A stretch of DNA of 16,840 nt from Fidelibacterota bacterium (lineage in GTDB: Bacteria; Fidelibacterota; UBA2242), in the NCBI GenBank assembly GCA_049975265.1, contig JBNGDF010000043.1, positions 1-16,840 on the forward strand. Direction: 5' to 3'. The notes beneath the pieces were generated by a model. The model was not told where the DNA came from and did not search any database. It saw nothing but the letters and a program-made list of their open reading frames with translations. Each line of letters opens with the position of its first letter. Within the stretch, counting starts at the first letter, position 1. A program made the translations under genes and the position numbers. Below are positions 1-9,303 of this stretch, piece after piece.

Positions 1-10
1 GCTAAGGGAG

Positions 11-39
11 TTGCATAATTGGTTTTATTGTCGTATATT
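11..39 (+). promoter_or_regulatory. sigma70-type promoter of the rimP-nusA-infB operon
   Basis: TTGCAT (11-16), a 17 nt spacer and TATATT (34-39), about 57 nt upstream of the rimP ATG. Confidence 0.7.
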
Positions 40-49
40 CCGATCGTTG

Positions 50-76
50 AAAGTGGGTTGACAAACCCACTTTTTT
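50..76 (+). terminator. rimP leader attenuator-like intrinsic terminator hairpin in the 5' UTR
   Basis: AAAGTGGGTT (50-59), loop GACA, AACCCACTTT (64-73) form a perfect 10-bp stem running into T6 (71-76). It lies between the promoter and rimP, as described for rimP leaders. Confidence 0.75.
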
Positions 77-95
77 CGTATGATGAAAGATATCG

Positions 96-548
96 ATGAA
101 AACGCTGAAGGAAAAAATAGCCGAATTAATTGAACCGATTGTAACCGATAATGGTGCCTATCTCATTGACATTGTGACCTCGTCACTGGGGCAACGAAAT
201 TTTGTAAAAATTATCCTGCAAAGCATGGCGGGTATTACGATGGATGAAATTACCCGGATTACCCGCGCAATCAATTCGAATAATCTGTTGGATGAGCTTT
301 TTCTTGACGGATACCATCTGGAGGTCAGTTCACCGGGGATTGATTATAAACTGCGGGACTATCGTGATTTTCCCCGTAATATCGGTCGTATGCTCAGAGT
401 TTATCATCGATCTTCGTCGTTTCCGTCACCCCTCAGCGGGGTATTGCGGGAGGTTACGACGGAACGTCTGAGTCTGGAAGTCGGTGAAACGCTCCGGATT
501 CTGCCGCTGAGTGAGTTGGATTATGCACAGGTAAAAATTAAATGGTAG
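96..548 (+). CDS. rimP: Ribosome maturation factor RimP
   Basis: 150 aa with YHLEVSSPGIDYKL (LEVSSPG motif); first gene before nusA. Confidence 0.93.
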   Translation: MKTLKEKIAELIEPIVTDNGAYLIDIVTSSLGQRNFVKIILQSMAGITMDEITRITRAINSNNLLDELFLDGYHLEVSSPGIDYKLRDYRDFPRNIGRMLRVYHRSSSFPSPLSGVLREVTTERLSLEVGETLRILPLSELDYAQVKIKW

Positions 549-571
549 TATAAAGATAGGAGTATGACCAA

Positions 572-1960
572 TTGATAAACCGTGAAATCATCGAAGCATT
601 TTCCCAGATCGCTCGTGAAAAAAATGTCGATCGAAGTGAGCTGGGCGAGATTATCGAGAAAGTCTTTCTCACGCTGATTGAGAAGAAATACGGGAGCACT
701 GATAATTTTGATGTGATTGTCAATATGGATAAGGGTGAAATTGAGATATATCAGCAGAAGACGATCGTCGAGAGGGTGGAGGATCCGCTGACCGAGGTCA
801 GTCTGGAAGAAGCCCGGATTCTGGACCCCGAACTGCATGTCGGTGATCCCTATATCGAAATCATCGATCCGGGCAGCTTCGGGCGGCGTTTGATTTCGCA
901 CGCCAAACAGATTTTGAACCAGCAGATTTTGCGGGTTGAGAAAAACGCCATTTATGATGAGTATTCCAAGAAAATCGGACAGATTATTATCGGTGATGTT
1001 CACCAGATCCGCCGGGATGCCATTTTTATTAATATCGGGAAAGCAGAATTAAAGATGCCCCGCGAAGAACAGATCCCCGGCGAACGGTATCGCCGCGGTG
1101 AGAGTCTGAAGTCGATCTTAAAAGAGGCAGTCCTCGGACCCAGCGGACCGGAGATCATTGTCTCACGCGCCGATCCGCAATTCCTGGTAAAACTGTTTGA
1201 AAATGAGGTGCCGGAAATCTACGACCGCACAATTGAGATAAAAAAAGTCGCCCGGCATCCCGGTGACCGCAGCAAAGTGATTGTGGAGTCCAACGATCGT
1301 CGCATCGATGCCGTTGGTGCCTGTGTCGGGATCAAAGGCAGCCGGATTCAGGCGATTGTTCGGGAATTGAATAACGAAAAAATTGATATTATCAATAACA
1401 GCAGTGAGCCGGAAATATTAATTACCCGCGCCCTGTCCCCTGCTAAACCTTACATGCTGGAAATTGATGAAGAGAAGAAGTCGGCTCTGGCGATTTTTGA
1501 TGATGAGGAGATCTCGGTGGCAATCGGCAAGATGGGACAAAATATCCGTCTCGCTTCGGAAGTCACCGGCTATACCATTGACGCCATAAAGAAATCCGAT
1601 TATGAATTATCGGAATCGGAAACCGTGTATCTTGAGGAGATTGAGGATCTGACGGAGCACAACTGGAAGCTCCTCTATGCTGTCGGCATTGAGACGGCAG
1701 AGGAATTGCTCAGTACCCCCAAGGATGAATTGCTGAGCATCAAGGGGCTGGGTGAAAAGACCGTGGATAAGATAATTGCGGTCGTGGATGAGGCATTGCG
1801 TAAACGTAAAGAAGAAATGGAGGCTGCCCGACAAGCTGCACAAGCCGAAGCGGCCAGTTCGGATGATTTTGAAGAGGAAGAACTTGCCGACGAAGCGGAA
1901 AATGAGGCACTGAACGAATATTCTGAAGATGAGATTGCTGACGATCTGGTTCAGGAATAA
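572..1960 (+). CDS. nusA: Transcription termination/antitermination factor NusA
   Basis: TTG start with SD AGGAG at 558-562. Contains S1 and KH motifs (IIVSRADP, ARHPGDRSK, DAVGACVGIKGSRIQAIVRELNNEKIDII, AIGKMGQNIRLAS), a C-terminal HhH (IKGLGEKT) and an acidic tail. Confidence 0.98.
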   Translation: MINREIIEAFSQIAREKNVDRSELGEIIEKVFLTLIEKKYGSTDNFDVIVNMDKGEIEIYQQKTIVERVEDPLTEVSLEEARILDPELHVGDPYIEIIDPGSFGRRLISHAKQILNQQILRVEKNAIYDEYSKKIGQIIIGDVHQIRRDAIFINIGKAELKMPREEQIPGERYRRGESLKSILKEAVLGPSGPEIIVSRADPQFLVKLFENEVPEIYDRTIEIKKVARHPGDRSKVIVESNDRRIDAVGACVGIKGSRIQAIVRELNNEKIDIINNSSEPEILITRALSPAKPYMLEIDEEKKSALAIFDDEEISVAIGKMGQNIRLASEVTGYTIDAIKKSDYELSESETVYLEEIEDLTEHNWKLLYAVGIETAEELLSTPKDELLSIKGLGEKTVDKIIAVVDEALRKRKEEMEAARQAAQAEAASSDDFEEEELADEAENEALNEYSEDEIADDLVQE

Positions 1961-1993
1961 GCTCGTAGATCGATTTTAAAAAGAAAGTATAAA

Positions 1994-4504
1994 ATGACCG
2001 ACGACTCAAAAGTGAAGCAGAAGCGTATTTTCGAGATTGCCAAGGAGCTGAATATCTCGCATATCGAGATCATCGATTTTCTGAAAAAAGAAGAGATTCC
2101 GGTAAAAACCATCATGTCTCCCGTGGATGAGTCGACCTATCTGAGGATTTTGGAGGAGTTTGCCCGGGAAAAGGATGTGGTGGAACGCTTTCGCAAAGAG
2201 CGAGCCCGTCGGGAAGCCGAGGCAAAGCGTAAGGCTGAAGAGGAAGCCCGCAAAACGGCTGAAATCGAACGGAAAAAAATTGAGTCGGAAGTTTATTCAC
2301 AGGCAGTGCCACTGTTTAATGCGGCGATTCAGGTTACCCGTGAAGAGAGCCTGACGATTTATCAAAAGCTGATTCGGGACCTTGTCCAGGCGGACCAGGT
2401 AACCGATGTGACGCCCAAAGTCGTTGAAGAGATAACCGGGGAAACCGCAACCGCTGCGGTGGAGTCCGATAAGAAAGAGCCGAAAAAGAAGAAAAAGGAA
2501 AAGCGCAAACTGCGTCGGATCACTATTTCCGATATTGAAGCCCGGCTCGATCAAAAGGGTGGCAAACGACGCGGCGCCGATACCGAAGATTCCCGAAAAG
2601 GAAAAAAGGGTAAGCGGGGCAGCGCTATTGACGAGCGCAAAGTGGAGGAATCCATCCGCAAAACCATGGCGAAAATGGATGAAAAAACCACCCGTAAGAA
2701 ATACAAGAAACAGGACACGGAAAAAGAGGGTGAACAGGAAGAAATCCGGAAAATTCGAGTCAGCGAATTTGCCACCGTGGAGACCCTGGCGAATATGCTG
2801 GATGTAGATGTGTCCGAGCTGATTGCTACCTGTATTCAGTTGGGAATGTTTGTGACGATTAATCAACGACTGGATTTTGACACGATTACGCTGATCGCCG
2901 ATGAGTTCGGATATGAGGTGGAACAGGTTGAACAGTATGGCGAAGAGGTGTTAAAAATTGAGGATACCGAAGAGGATTTGAAGAATGCCGTACCCCGTCC
3001 GCCGGTGGTGGCGATCATGGGGCATGTGGATCACGGAAAGACCTCGTTGCTCGATTATATCCGCCGTACTAATGTGGTTGCCGGTGAATCCGGTGGAATA
3101 ACCCAGCATATCGGCGCCTACAAGGTGTTGCTGGATGGCAACAAACAGATTACCTTTCTGGATACCCCCGGACATGAAGCCTTTACGGCAATGCGTGCCC
3201 GGGGCGCGCAGGTCACGGATATCGTCGTGCTTATCGTAGCGGCTGACGATGGTGTGATGCCGCGCACCATTGAAGCCATCAACCACGCCAAAGCGGCATC
3301 GGTGCCGATTGTAGTGGCGATCAATAAAATCGACAAGCCCGAAGCGGACATTGAGAAGGTCAAACGGGGTCTGTCGGAACACGGAGTTCTGGTAGAAGAC
3401 TGGGGCGGGTCGGTTCAGGTGGCAGAGATATCCGCCAAGACCGGTGGGGGTATCGACCGCCTGCTTGATCTGCTGCTACTGGAGTCGGAAATGCTGGAGC
3501 TCAAAGCCAATCCCGATACGTTGGCAAAGGGCACTGTCATTGAAGCCAAGGTGGACAAACGGCACGGTCCCATGGCGACGGTCTTGATTCAGAAGGGCAG
3601 CGCCGAAGTGGGAGCCCCCTTTGTCTGCGGTCCCGCCGCAGGACGGATACGGGCGATCTACGATGAACGCGGACACCGGATGAAAAAGATCACACCTTCG
3701 GATCCGGCGGTCATCGTCGGTTTTGATGTATTGCCTAATCTGGCGGATATATTCGCTGTCGTGGAAGATGAACGGGAAGCCCGGAAGATTGCCGCCGAGC
3801 GGCAGAAGATTCAGCGGGAGCAACAATTCCGTCAGGCGAAAGAATGGACGCTGGATACGATTTCCCAACAGATTGCCGAGGGTAGGATTAAACAGCTCAA
3901 TGTCGTACTCAAGTGCGATGTAGACGGTTCAGTGGAAGCCATCAGTGAGTCGCTGACCGATATAGGCAACGAAGAGGTTGCGGTAAATATTACGCATAAA
4001 GCCGCCGGTCATATCAGTGAAAGTGATGTGCTCTTAGCCAAGGCTTCAGAAGCCGTCATAATCGGCTTTAATGTCACTGCCAATCCGAAGGTAAGAGAGG
4101 TAGCGAAAAAAGAGAATGTGGAATTGCGTTTTTACAGCATCATATATGAACTGATTGATGATATCAAAGCCGCACTGGAGGGTCTGCTCAGTCCGGAAAA
4201 AATCGAAGAACACCTTGGAACGATTGAGGTGCGGAAAATATTCAAGGTTCCCAAAATCGGATTCATTGCCGGTTCCTATGTCAAAGAGGGCAAGGTTCAC
4301 CGCAATGCCATGGGGCGGCTTACACGCGGTGATGAAGTCCTGCACGATGGTCAAATCTCCTCGTTAAAGCGCTTTAAAGACGATGTCAAAGAGGTGCAGG
4401 AGGGATTTGAATGTGGCGTCGCCCTGGAGGGTTTTTCCAAATATGAAAAGGGCGATATGATTGAGGTTTATGAAATCAAATCGGTAAAGCGCAAACTGGA
4501 GTAA
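1994..4504 (+). CDS. infB: Translation initiation factor IF-2
   Basis: IF2N start ([12 protein letters not shown]); G-domain motifs [43 protein letters not shown]-terminal [17 protein letters not shown]. Confidence 0.99.
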   Translation: MTDDSKVKQKRIFEIAKELNISHIEIIDFLKKEEIPVKTIMSPVDESTYLRILEEFAREKDVVERFRKERARREAEAKRKAEEEARKTAEIERKKIESEVYSQAVPLFNAAIQVTREESLTIYQKLIRDLVQADQVTDVTPKVVEEITGETATAAVESDKKEPKKKKKEKRKLRRITISDIEARLDQKGGKRRGADTEDSRKGKKGKRGSAIDERKVEESIRKTMAKMDEKTTRKKYKKQDTEKEGEQEEIRKIRVSEFATVETLANMLDVDVSELIATCIQLGMFVTINQRLDFDTITLIADEFGYEVEQVEQYGEEVLKIEDTEEDLKNAVPRPPVVAIMGHVDHGKTSLLDYIRRTNVVAGESGGITQHIGAYKVLLDGNKQITFLDTPGHEAFTAMRARGAQVTDIVVLIVAADDGVMPRTIEAINHAKAASVPIVVAINKIDKPEADIEKVKRGLSEHGVLVEDWGGSVQVAEISAKTGGGIDRLLDLLLLESEMLELKANPDTLAKGTVIEAKVDKRHGPMATVLIQKGSAEVGAPFVCGPAAGRIRAIYDERGHRMKKITPSDPAVIVGFDVLPNLADIFAVVEDEREARKIAAERQKIQREQQFRQAKEWTLDTISQQIAEGRIKQLNVVLKCDVDGSVEAISESLTDIGNEEVAVNITHKAAGHISESDVLLAKASEAVIIGFNVTANPKVREVAKKENVELRFYSIIYELIDDIKAALEGLLSPEKIEEHLGTIEVRKIFKVPKIGFIAGSYVKEGKVHRNAMGRLTRGDEVLHDGQISSLKRFKDDVKEVQEGFECGVALEGFSKYEKGDMIEVYEIKSVKRKLE

Positions 4505-4523
4505 TCCGGATTGAACTGCCATT

Positions 4524-4805
4524 ATGATAATTGGAATTTTACAGATGGAGATATTGCTGCCGGACACCCGCTCATTGAAAGATAAACGTTCACGCCTGAG
4601 CAACCTGAAAAACCGGGTTCGGAAGCAGTTTAACGCCGCCATCGCCGAATTGCGGCACGGCAATGATTTCAGTCGGGCGCTGCTCGGCATTGTCACCATT
4701 AATAACGATCGCAAAATCGTTGATCAGGCGCTCGGTCAGATTGAACGTTTTATTGAATTTCATTTTGGGATTCTGGTGCTGAATCGCAGCGTGGAGATTA
4801 TCTGA
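4524..4805 (+). CDS. ylxP: DUF503 (YlxP-like) protein
   Basis: 93 aa beginning MIIGILQMEILLP..SLKDKR; canonical position between infB and rbfA. Confidence 0.88.
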   Translation: MIIGILQMEILLPDTRSLKDKRSRLSNLKNRVRKQFNAAIAELRHGNDFSRALLGIVTINNDRKIVDQALGQIERFIEFHFGILVLNRSVEII

Positions 4806-5164
4806 TGACCGATTATCGTCGCCAGCGTGTTGCGGATGAGATCAAACGGATTGTCGGAGAGATATTTATTAAAGATATTCCGCCGGTTGATTCGATTCTG
4901 GTAACGGTGACCAATGTCCGGATTACCAGTGATCTACGGGAGGCGAAGGTCTATCTGAGTATATATGACGAAAACCTGAAAATTCGCAAACGAGAGATGA
5001 AAAAAATCATCGCCCGCAGCTCCTATATTCGGGGTCTGCTGGGTAACCGAATAACTCTGAAATATGTTCCAAAACTGTTTTTTTTCGAGGATGATACCCT
5101 GGATTATGTGGATAATATTGAACGTCTGATCCAGTCGATTCACAATAAAGATGACGATGAATAA
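4805..5164 (+). CDS. rbfA: Ribosome-binding factor A
   Basis: RRQRVADEIKR, VTVTNVRITSDLREAKVYLS, LKYVPKLFFFEDDT; TGATG overlap with the upstream gene. Confidence 0.96.
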   Translation: MTDYRRQRVADEIKRIVGEIFIKDIPPVDSILVTVTNVRITSDLREAKVYLSIYDENLKIRKREMKKIIARSSYIRGLLGNRITLKYVPKLFFFEDDTLDYVDNIERLIQSIHNKDDDE

Positions 5165-5846
5165 AACTTCTTTCGACCAGATTCTGAATGTTTATAAACC
5201 AGCGGGGATCAGTTCCTACGATGTGGTACGACGGGTAAAACGACTGATTCCGGATGTTAAAGTCGGACATGGCGGTACCCTTGATCCCTTTGCGGAAGGT
5301 GTGTTGTTGATTCTGGTCGGCAAAGCCACGAAGCGGATGCCGGATTTATTACGCCGCCGTAAGAGTTATTATGCGTTGTTAAAGTTGGGCATCGGAACCG
5401 TTACGGGTGATCATACCGGATCCATTCAAACCACCGGTCCTGTTCCGGCAATTTCAGGCGAATTGCTGCGTACCGTTGAGGGAAAATTTACTGGTGACAT
5501 AACGCAGATTCCCCCGCGTTATTCCGCCAAAAAGATTAAGGGGCGCCCGGCATATAAATATGCCCGCGCCGGTCAGCCTGTACAGTTGGCACCAGTTAAC
5601 ATAACAATTGAGGATTTGACATTGAGCCTGGTAGAGAGGGACCTGTTGCGCATCATGGTTACCTGCTCCAGCGGCACGTACATTCGTGTTCTGGGCGAAG
5701 ATATAGCGCGGATGCTGGGTACCTACGGGCACCTGGTTGCGCTGCAGAGGACGGCAATCGGGGACTACCACGTTGAGGATTGTATTGCCTTTGATCAGTT
5801 GCCGGAGATTATCCCGGGAGAGGTAATTGCGAGGGCATCTAATTAA
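5151..5846 (+). CDS. truB: tRNA pseudouridine(55) synthase TruB, short form without an obvious PUA domain; the start may be ATG 5157
   Basis: KPAGISSYDVV, KVGHGGTLDPFAEGVL (catalytic Asp), QIPPRYSAKKIKG, CSSGTYIRVL. Confidence 0.96.
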   Translation: MTMNKTSFDQILNVYKPAGISSYDVVRRVKRLIPDVKVGHGGTLDPFAEGVLLILVGKATKRMPDLLRRRKSYYALLKLGIGTVTGDHTGSIQTTGPVPAISGELLRTVEGKFTGDITQIPPRYSAKKIKGRPAYKYARAGQPVQLAPVNITIEDLTLSLVERDLLRIMVTCSSGTYIRVLGEDIARMLGTYGHLVALQRTAIGDYHVEDCIAFDQLPEIIPGEVIARASN

Positions 5847-5848
5847 GA

Positions 5849-6796
5849 GTGATGGTTGTTTTTCATGGCATTCATAAGCTGGCCGATGAATTTAAAGGAG
5901 CGGTTGTGACCCTGGGAGTTTACGACGGGCTGCACCGTGCCCATATGAGCATCTTGGAGCGGGTCATGGTTGCGGCTGAGGAGCGTCATGTCCGGTCCCT
6001 GCTGATTACCTTTAATCCGCACCCACGCAATTTTTTCCTGGAAAACGATGAACAGGTGAAGCTGTTGACCACCTCTCCGGAAAAAATCGCGCTGCTGCAG
6101 GATACGGCACTTGATGGCATTCTCTTACTCACTGTTGACCGGGAACTGCTGAATACAGATAGCAGAGCCTTTGTTGAATCGGTCCTGGTAGACAAACTTC
6201 GGATCAGCAAGGTAATTGTCGGTTACGATTATCATTTTGGCAGAGCGCGTGGTGGTCATGCGGAACAGCTGCTTGATTATGGTGGGCAATGGGGATTTGA
6301 CGTTGAGATTGTTCCGCCGATTTTTCTTGATCAAGAGCCGGTACGGTCTTCATATATTCGCTCTCTGTTAGCCCGGGGTGATGTGGAAAGGAGCACCAAA
6401 TTTTTAAACCGGTTTTACAGTTTACGAGGTAAAATTGTGCATGGTTCCGGAAGAGGCAGGCGACTGGGTTTTCCGACGGCGAATATTGCGGTTGAATCGT
6501 CAGACAAAATGGTTCCGGCGGATGGCATTTACCTGACGAGGTGCCGTGTAAATGGACGCCGCTATTTTGGCATGTGTAATGTCGGAACTCGCCGGACCTT
6601 TGATGAGACGGAGCGGATTCCCGAAGTTCATCTGCTGGATGCCGGCACACCGGAGCTCTACGGGTCTGATATCGAAGTGAGTTTTTTGGAGCGTCTCAGG
6701 GATGAAAAAAAATTCGGATCCGCTGATGAATTGGTCCGTCAGATGCACCAGGATGAAAAAGAGTGTCGTACAAGAATCGAAAAATATAAATTATGA
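5849..6796 (+). CDS. ribF: Bifunctional riboflavin kinase / FAD synthetase; start at GTG 5849 or ATG 5852
   Basis: GVYDGLHRAH, TFNPHP, VGYDYHFG, SSYIR, GRRLGFPTAN, EVHLLD, LRDEKKF. Confidence 0.96.
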   Translation: MMVVFHGIHKLADEFKGAVVTLGVYDGLHRAHMSILERVMVAAEERHVRSLLITFNPHPRNFFLENDEQVKLLTTSPEKIALLQDTALDGILLLTVDRELLNTDSRAFVESVLVDKLRISKVIVGYDYHFGRARGGHAEQLLDYGGQWGFDVEIVPPIFLDQEPVRSSYIRSLLARGDVERSTKFLNRFYSLRGKIVHGSGRGRRLGFPTANIAVESSDKMVPADGIYLTRCRVNGRRYFGMCNVGTRRTFDETERIPEVHLLDAGTPELYGSDIEVSFLERLRDEKKFGSADELVRQMHQDEKECRTRIEKYKL

Positions 6797-6813
6797 AATG
6801 GAGGATAAACTGA

Positions 6814-7083
6814 ATGTCATTAACAAAAGAGATTAAACAGGAATTGATTGAGAAATTCGGCAAAAATGCTACAGACTCCGGTTCCATCGAAGCCCAGGTG
6901 GCGCTCCTGACGGAACGGATCAAAACCCTGAACCAGCATTTTTTGGATAATCCGAAAGACCATGCCTCACGTCGCGGACTATTGAAACTGGTCAGCCGAC
7001 GGAAACACCTCTTAGCCTATTTGAGCAAGAGGAACCCTGAGGTGTATAAGAAGTTAATTGAAGAATTGAATCTTCGTAAATAA
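6814..7083 (+). CDS. rpsO: 30S ribosomal protein S15
   Basis: 89 aa with DSGSIEAQVALLTERI and KDHASRRGLLKLVSRRKHLLAYL; SD GGAGG at 6800-6804. Confidence 0.99.
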   Translation: MSLTKEIKQELIEKFGKNATDSGSIEAQVALLTERIKTLNQHFLDNPKDHASRRGLLKLVSRRKHLLAYLSKRNPEVYKKLIEELNLRK

Positions 7084-7103
7084 CCAAATTAGGAGAATAT
7101 ATT

Positions 7104-9302
7104 TTGTTACAGAAAAAGATGACCCTGGGAGGGCGAGAATTTAGTATTGAAATCGGTCGAATGGCGAAACAGGCTCACGGTTCGGTAGTCGTACAGTACG
7201 GCGACACGATGGTGCTTGTGACGGCTGTGGCTGATTTTTTCAAACCGGTGAATCAGGACTTTTTTCCACTGCAGGTGGAGTATCGTGAACGGACCTATGC
7301 GGCTGGGAAAATTCCGGGCGGTTTTTTCAAGCGGGAGGGGCGTCCTTCGGAAAAGGAGATTTTAAGCGCCCGCCTGATCGACCGTCCGATCCGACCGCTG
7401 TTTGCGGAAGGGTTCTTTTCAGACACCCAGATTATTGCGACGGTAATTTCCGGTGATCAGGAAAATTCCGGCGATATTTTGGGTATTACCGGTGCTTCAC
7501 TGGCGTTAAGTATTTCCAAGATCCCTTTCCTGGGACCGATTGCCGCTGTGCGGGTAGGACGAATTGCAGGTGACTACGTTCTGAATCCCACCATGTCTCA
7601 GATTGAGGAATCGGAACTTGATATTGTGGTTGCCGGAAGTGAAGAATCCATTGTGATGGTGGAGGGCGAATGCAAAGAGGTATCCGAAGATGTGCTGGTC
7701 GGAGCGCTCGATTTTGCTCACGCTGCTATTGTCGAATTGATCCGGTTTCAGAAGGAAATTATTGATGAACTGAAGCCGGTGAAGGTGGCGGTTGAAATCG
7801 CCGAAAAACCGGCGGAGCTGCTTCAGATCGTACGCTCCCGGACGGAAGCCCATCTGGATGAGTGGCGTGAGATGGCACTGAAATCGAAACATACCCGCGG
7901 TGAAGCAATTGTCCAGTTTACCAAAGCACTGATAGAGGAGCTTGAAGAAAAGTATCCGGATCAGGGCAATCTTATCCGCAGCGAGATTGATGAGGTTTTA
8001 AGGGAGGATTTGCGCCAACAGATCGTCACAAAACAGCAGCGTCAGGATGGACGGAGTCTGAAAGATATCCGACCGATTACCTGTGAAGTGGGTGTATTAC
8101 CGCGGGCGCACGGATCGGCGCTCTTTACCCGGGGCGAGACACAGAGTCTCGGTTCGGTGACGCTGGGTACCAAACTCGATGAGCAGATTATCGACGACAT
8201 TGACCGTGAAGAGTATAAAAAGCGATTTATGCTGCATTACAATTTCCCGCCTTTCAGTGTGGGGGAGGTGCGTCCGATTCGGGGGACAGGACGCCGGGAA
8301 ATCGGGCATGGGAATTTGGCGGAGCGGGCGTTGAAATCGCTGCTGCCCAGTGAAGTCGACTTTCCCTATACGGTTCGCATTGTCTCCGATATTCTGGAAT
8401 CCAACGGCTCCTCCTCAATGGCATCGGTTTGTGCCGGCTCTCTGGCTCTGATGGATGCCGGTGTACCTATTAAAAAAACGGTTGCGGGTATTGCCATGGG
8501 GCTGATCAAAGATAACGATCAGGTCTTTGTCCTGTCGGATATCCTTGGTGCCGAAGACCATTATGGCGACATGGATTTTAAAGTCACCGGCACCCGGGAC
8601 GGTATTACCGCCATCCAGATGGACCTGAAGGTTGCTGGAATATCCACGGCGCTGATGCGGGATGCGCTGGAGCAGGCGCGGGAAGGACGTCATCATATTG
8701 TTGAAATCATGGAAAAAACCATCAGAGAGCCGCGCCCGGATATTTCAAAATACGCTCCAAAGATGACTACCATCCAGATTCCCATCGACATGATTGGTGA
8801 AATCATCGGTCCCGGTGGGAAAAATATCAAAGCCATCCAGGCAAACAGTGGTGCCAAGGTGGAGATTGACGATGACGGGACGGTTTTTATCTCAGCTGTG
8901 AATACCGAATCTGCTGAGATTGCCAAGAAGGCGATTCTGGCTATGGTCGAGCAGCCCGAAGAAGGTAAAATTTATATGGACTGTCCCGTAAAACGGATCG
9001 AGAATTACGGTGCTTTTGTTGAATTTTTACCCGGCAAAGAGGGGCTTTTGCATGTTTCGGAGATTGCCTGGGAGCGTACGAACGACGTGAATGATGTTCT
9101 TAAAGTCGGTGACAAAGTTACCGTGCTGCTGAAAAAAATCTCACAGCCCGGTCGGTTTGAACTATCCATCAGAGAGCTGTCGGAGAAGCCGGAGGGCTGG
9201 GTTGATGAGAGACAGCGCAGCCGACCTCACCGTTCCAGTGGTGATCATTCCAGAGGCTCCCGTTATCACGATCGTTCCGACCACCCGAAAAAACGTTACT
9301 GA
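7104..9302 (+). CDS. pnp: Polyribonucleotide nucleotidyltransferase (PNPase)
   Basis: TTG start with SD AGGAG at 7091-7095. Contains DFFPLQVEYRE..AAGKIPGGFFKREGRP, HGSALFTRGETQ, ESNGSSSMAS, GDMDFKV, KH (IIGPGGKNIK) and S1 domains. Confidence 0.99.
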   Translation: MLQKKMTLGGREFSIEIGRMAKQAHGSVVVQYGDTMVLVTAVADFFKPVNQDFFPLQVEYRERTYAAGKIPGGFFKREGRPSEKEILSARLIDRPIRPLFAEGFFSDTQIIATVISGDQENSGDILGITGASLALSISKIPFLGPIAAVRVGRIAGDYVLNPTMSQIEESELDIVVAGSEESIVMVEGECKEVSEDVLVGALDFAHAAIVELIRFQKEIIDELKPVKVAVEIAEKPAELLQIVRSRTEAHLDEWREMALKSKHTRGEAIVQFTKALIEELEEKYPDQGNLIRSEIDEVLREDLRQQIVTKQQRQDGRSLKDIRPITCEVGVLPRAHGSALFTRGETQSLGSVTLGTKLDEQIIDDIDREEYKKRFMLHYNFPPFSVGEVRPIRGTGRREIGHGNLAERALKSLLPSEVDFPYTVRIVSDILESNGSSSMASVCAGSLALMDAGVPIKKTVAGIAMGLIKDNDQVFVLSDILGAEDHYGDMDFKVTGTRDGITAIQMDLKVAGISTALMRDALEQAREGRHHIVEIMEKTIREPRPDISKYAPKMTTIQIPIDMIGEIIGPGGKNIKAIQANSGAKVEIDDDGTVFISAVNTESAEIAKKAILAMVEQPEEGKIYMDCPVKRIENYGAFVEFLPGKEGLLHVSEIAWERTNDVNDVLKVGDKVTVLLKKISQPGRFELSIRELSEKPEGWVDERQRSRPHRSSGDHSRGSRYHDRSDHPKKRY

Positions 9303-9303
9303 T

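Noticed and set aside
564..575. Mini-ORF ATG ACC AAT TGA overlapping the nusA TTG start
   Set aside because: The ATG is only 1 nt after the AGGAG SD, too close for efficient initiation; likely chance.
2644..2668. Possible internal IF2-beta start (GGAGGA 2644-2649, ATG 2666)
   Set aside because: The SD-to-ATG spacing of 16 nt is too long to support the call.
5151..5846. Short TruB without a PUA domain as a possible truncation
   Set aside because: TruB proteins of about 230 aa are normal in several phyla; the catalytic motifs are intact and the gene abuts ribF.
9157..9303. N-terminal 49-aa extension of the M16 peptidase in the ORF track
   Set aside because: It overlaps the pnp 3' end and has no family-like sequence; the ATG at 9304 gives the normal N-terminus.
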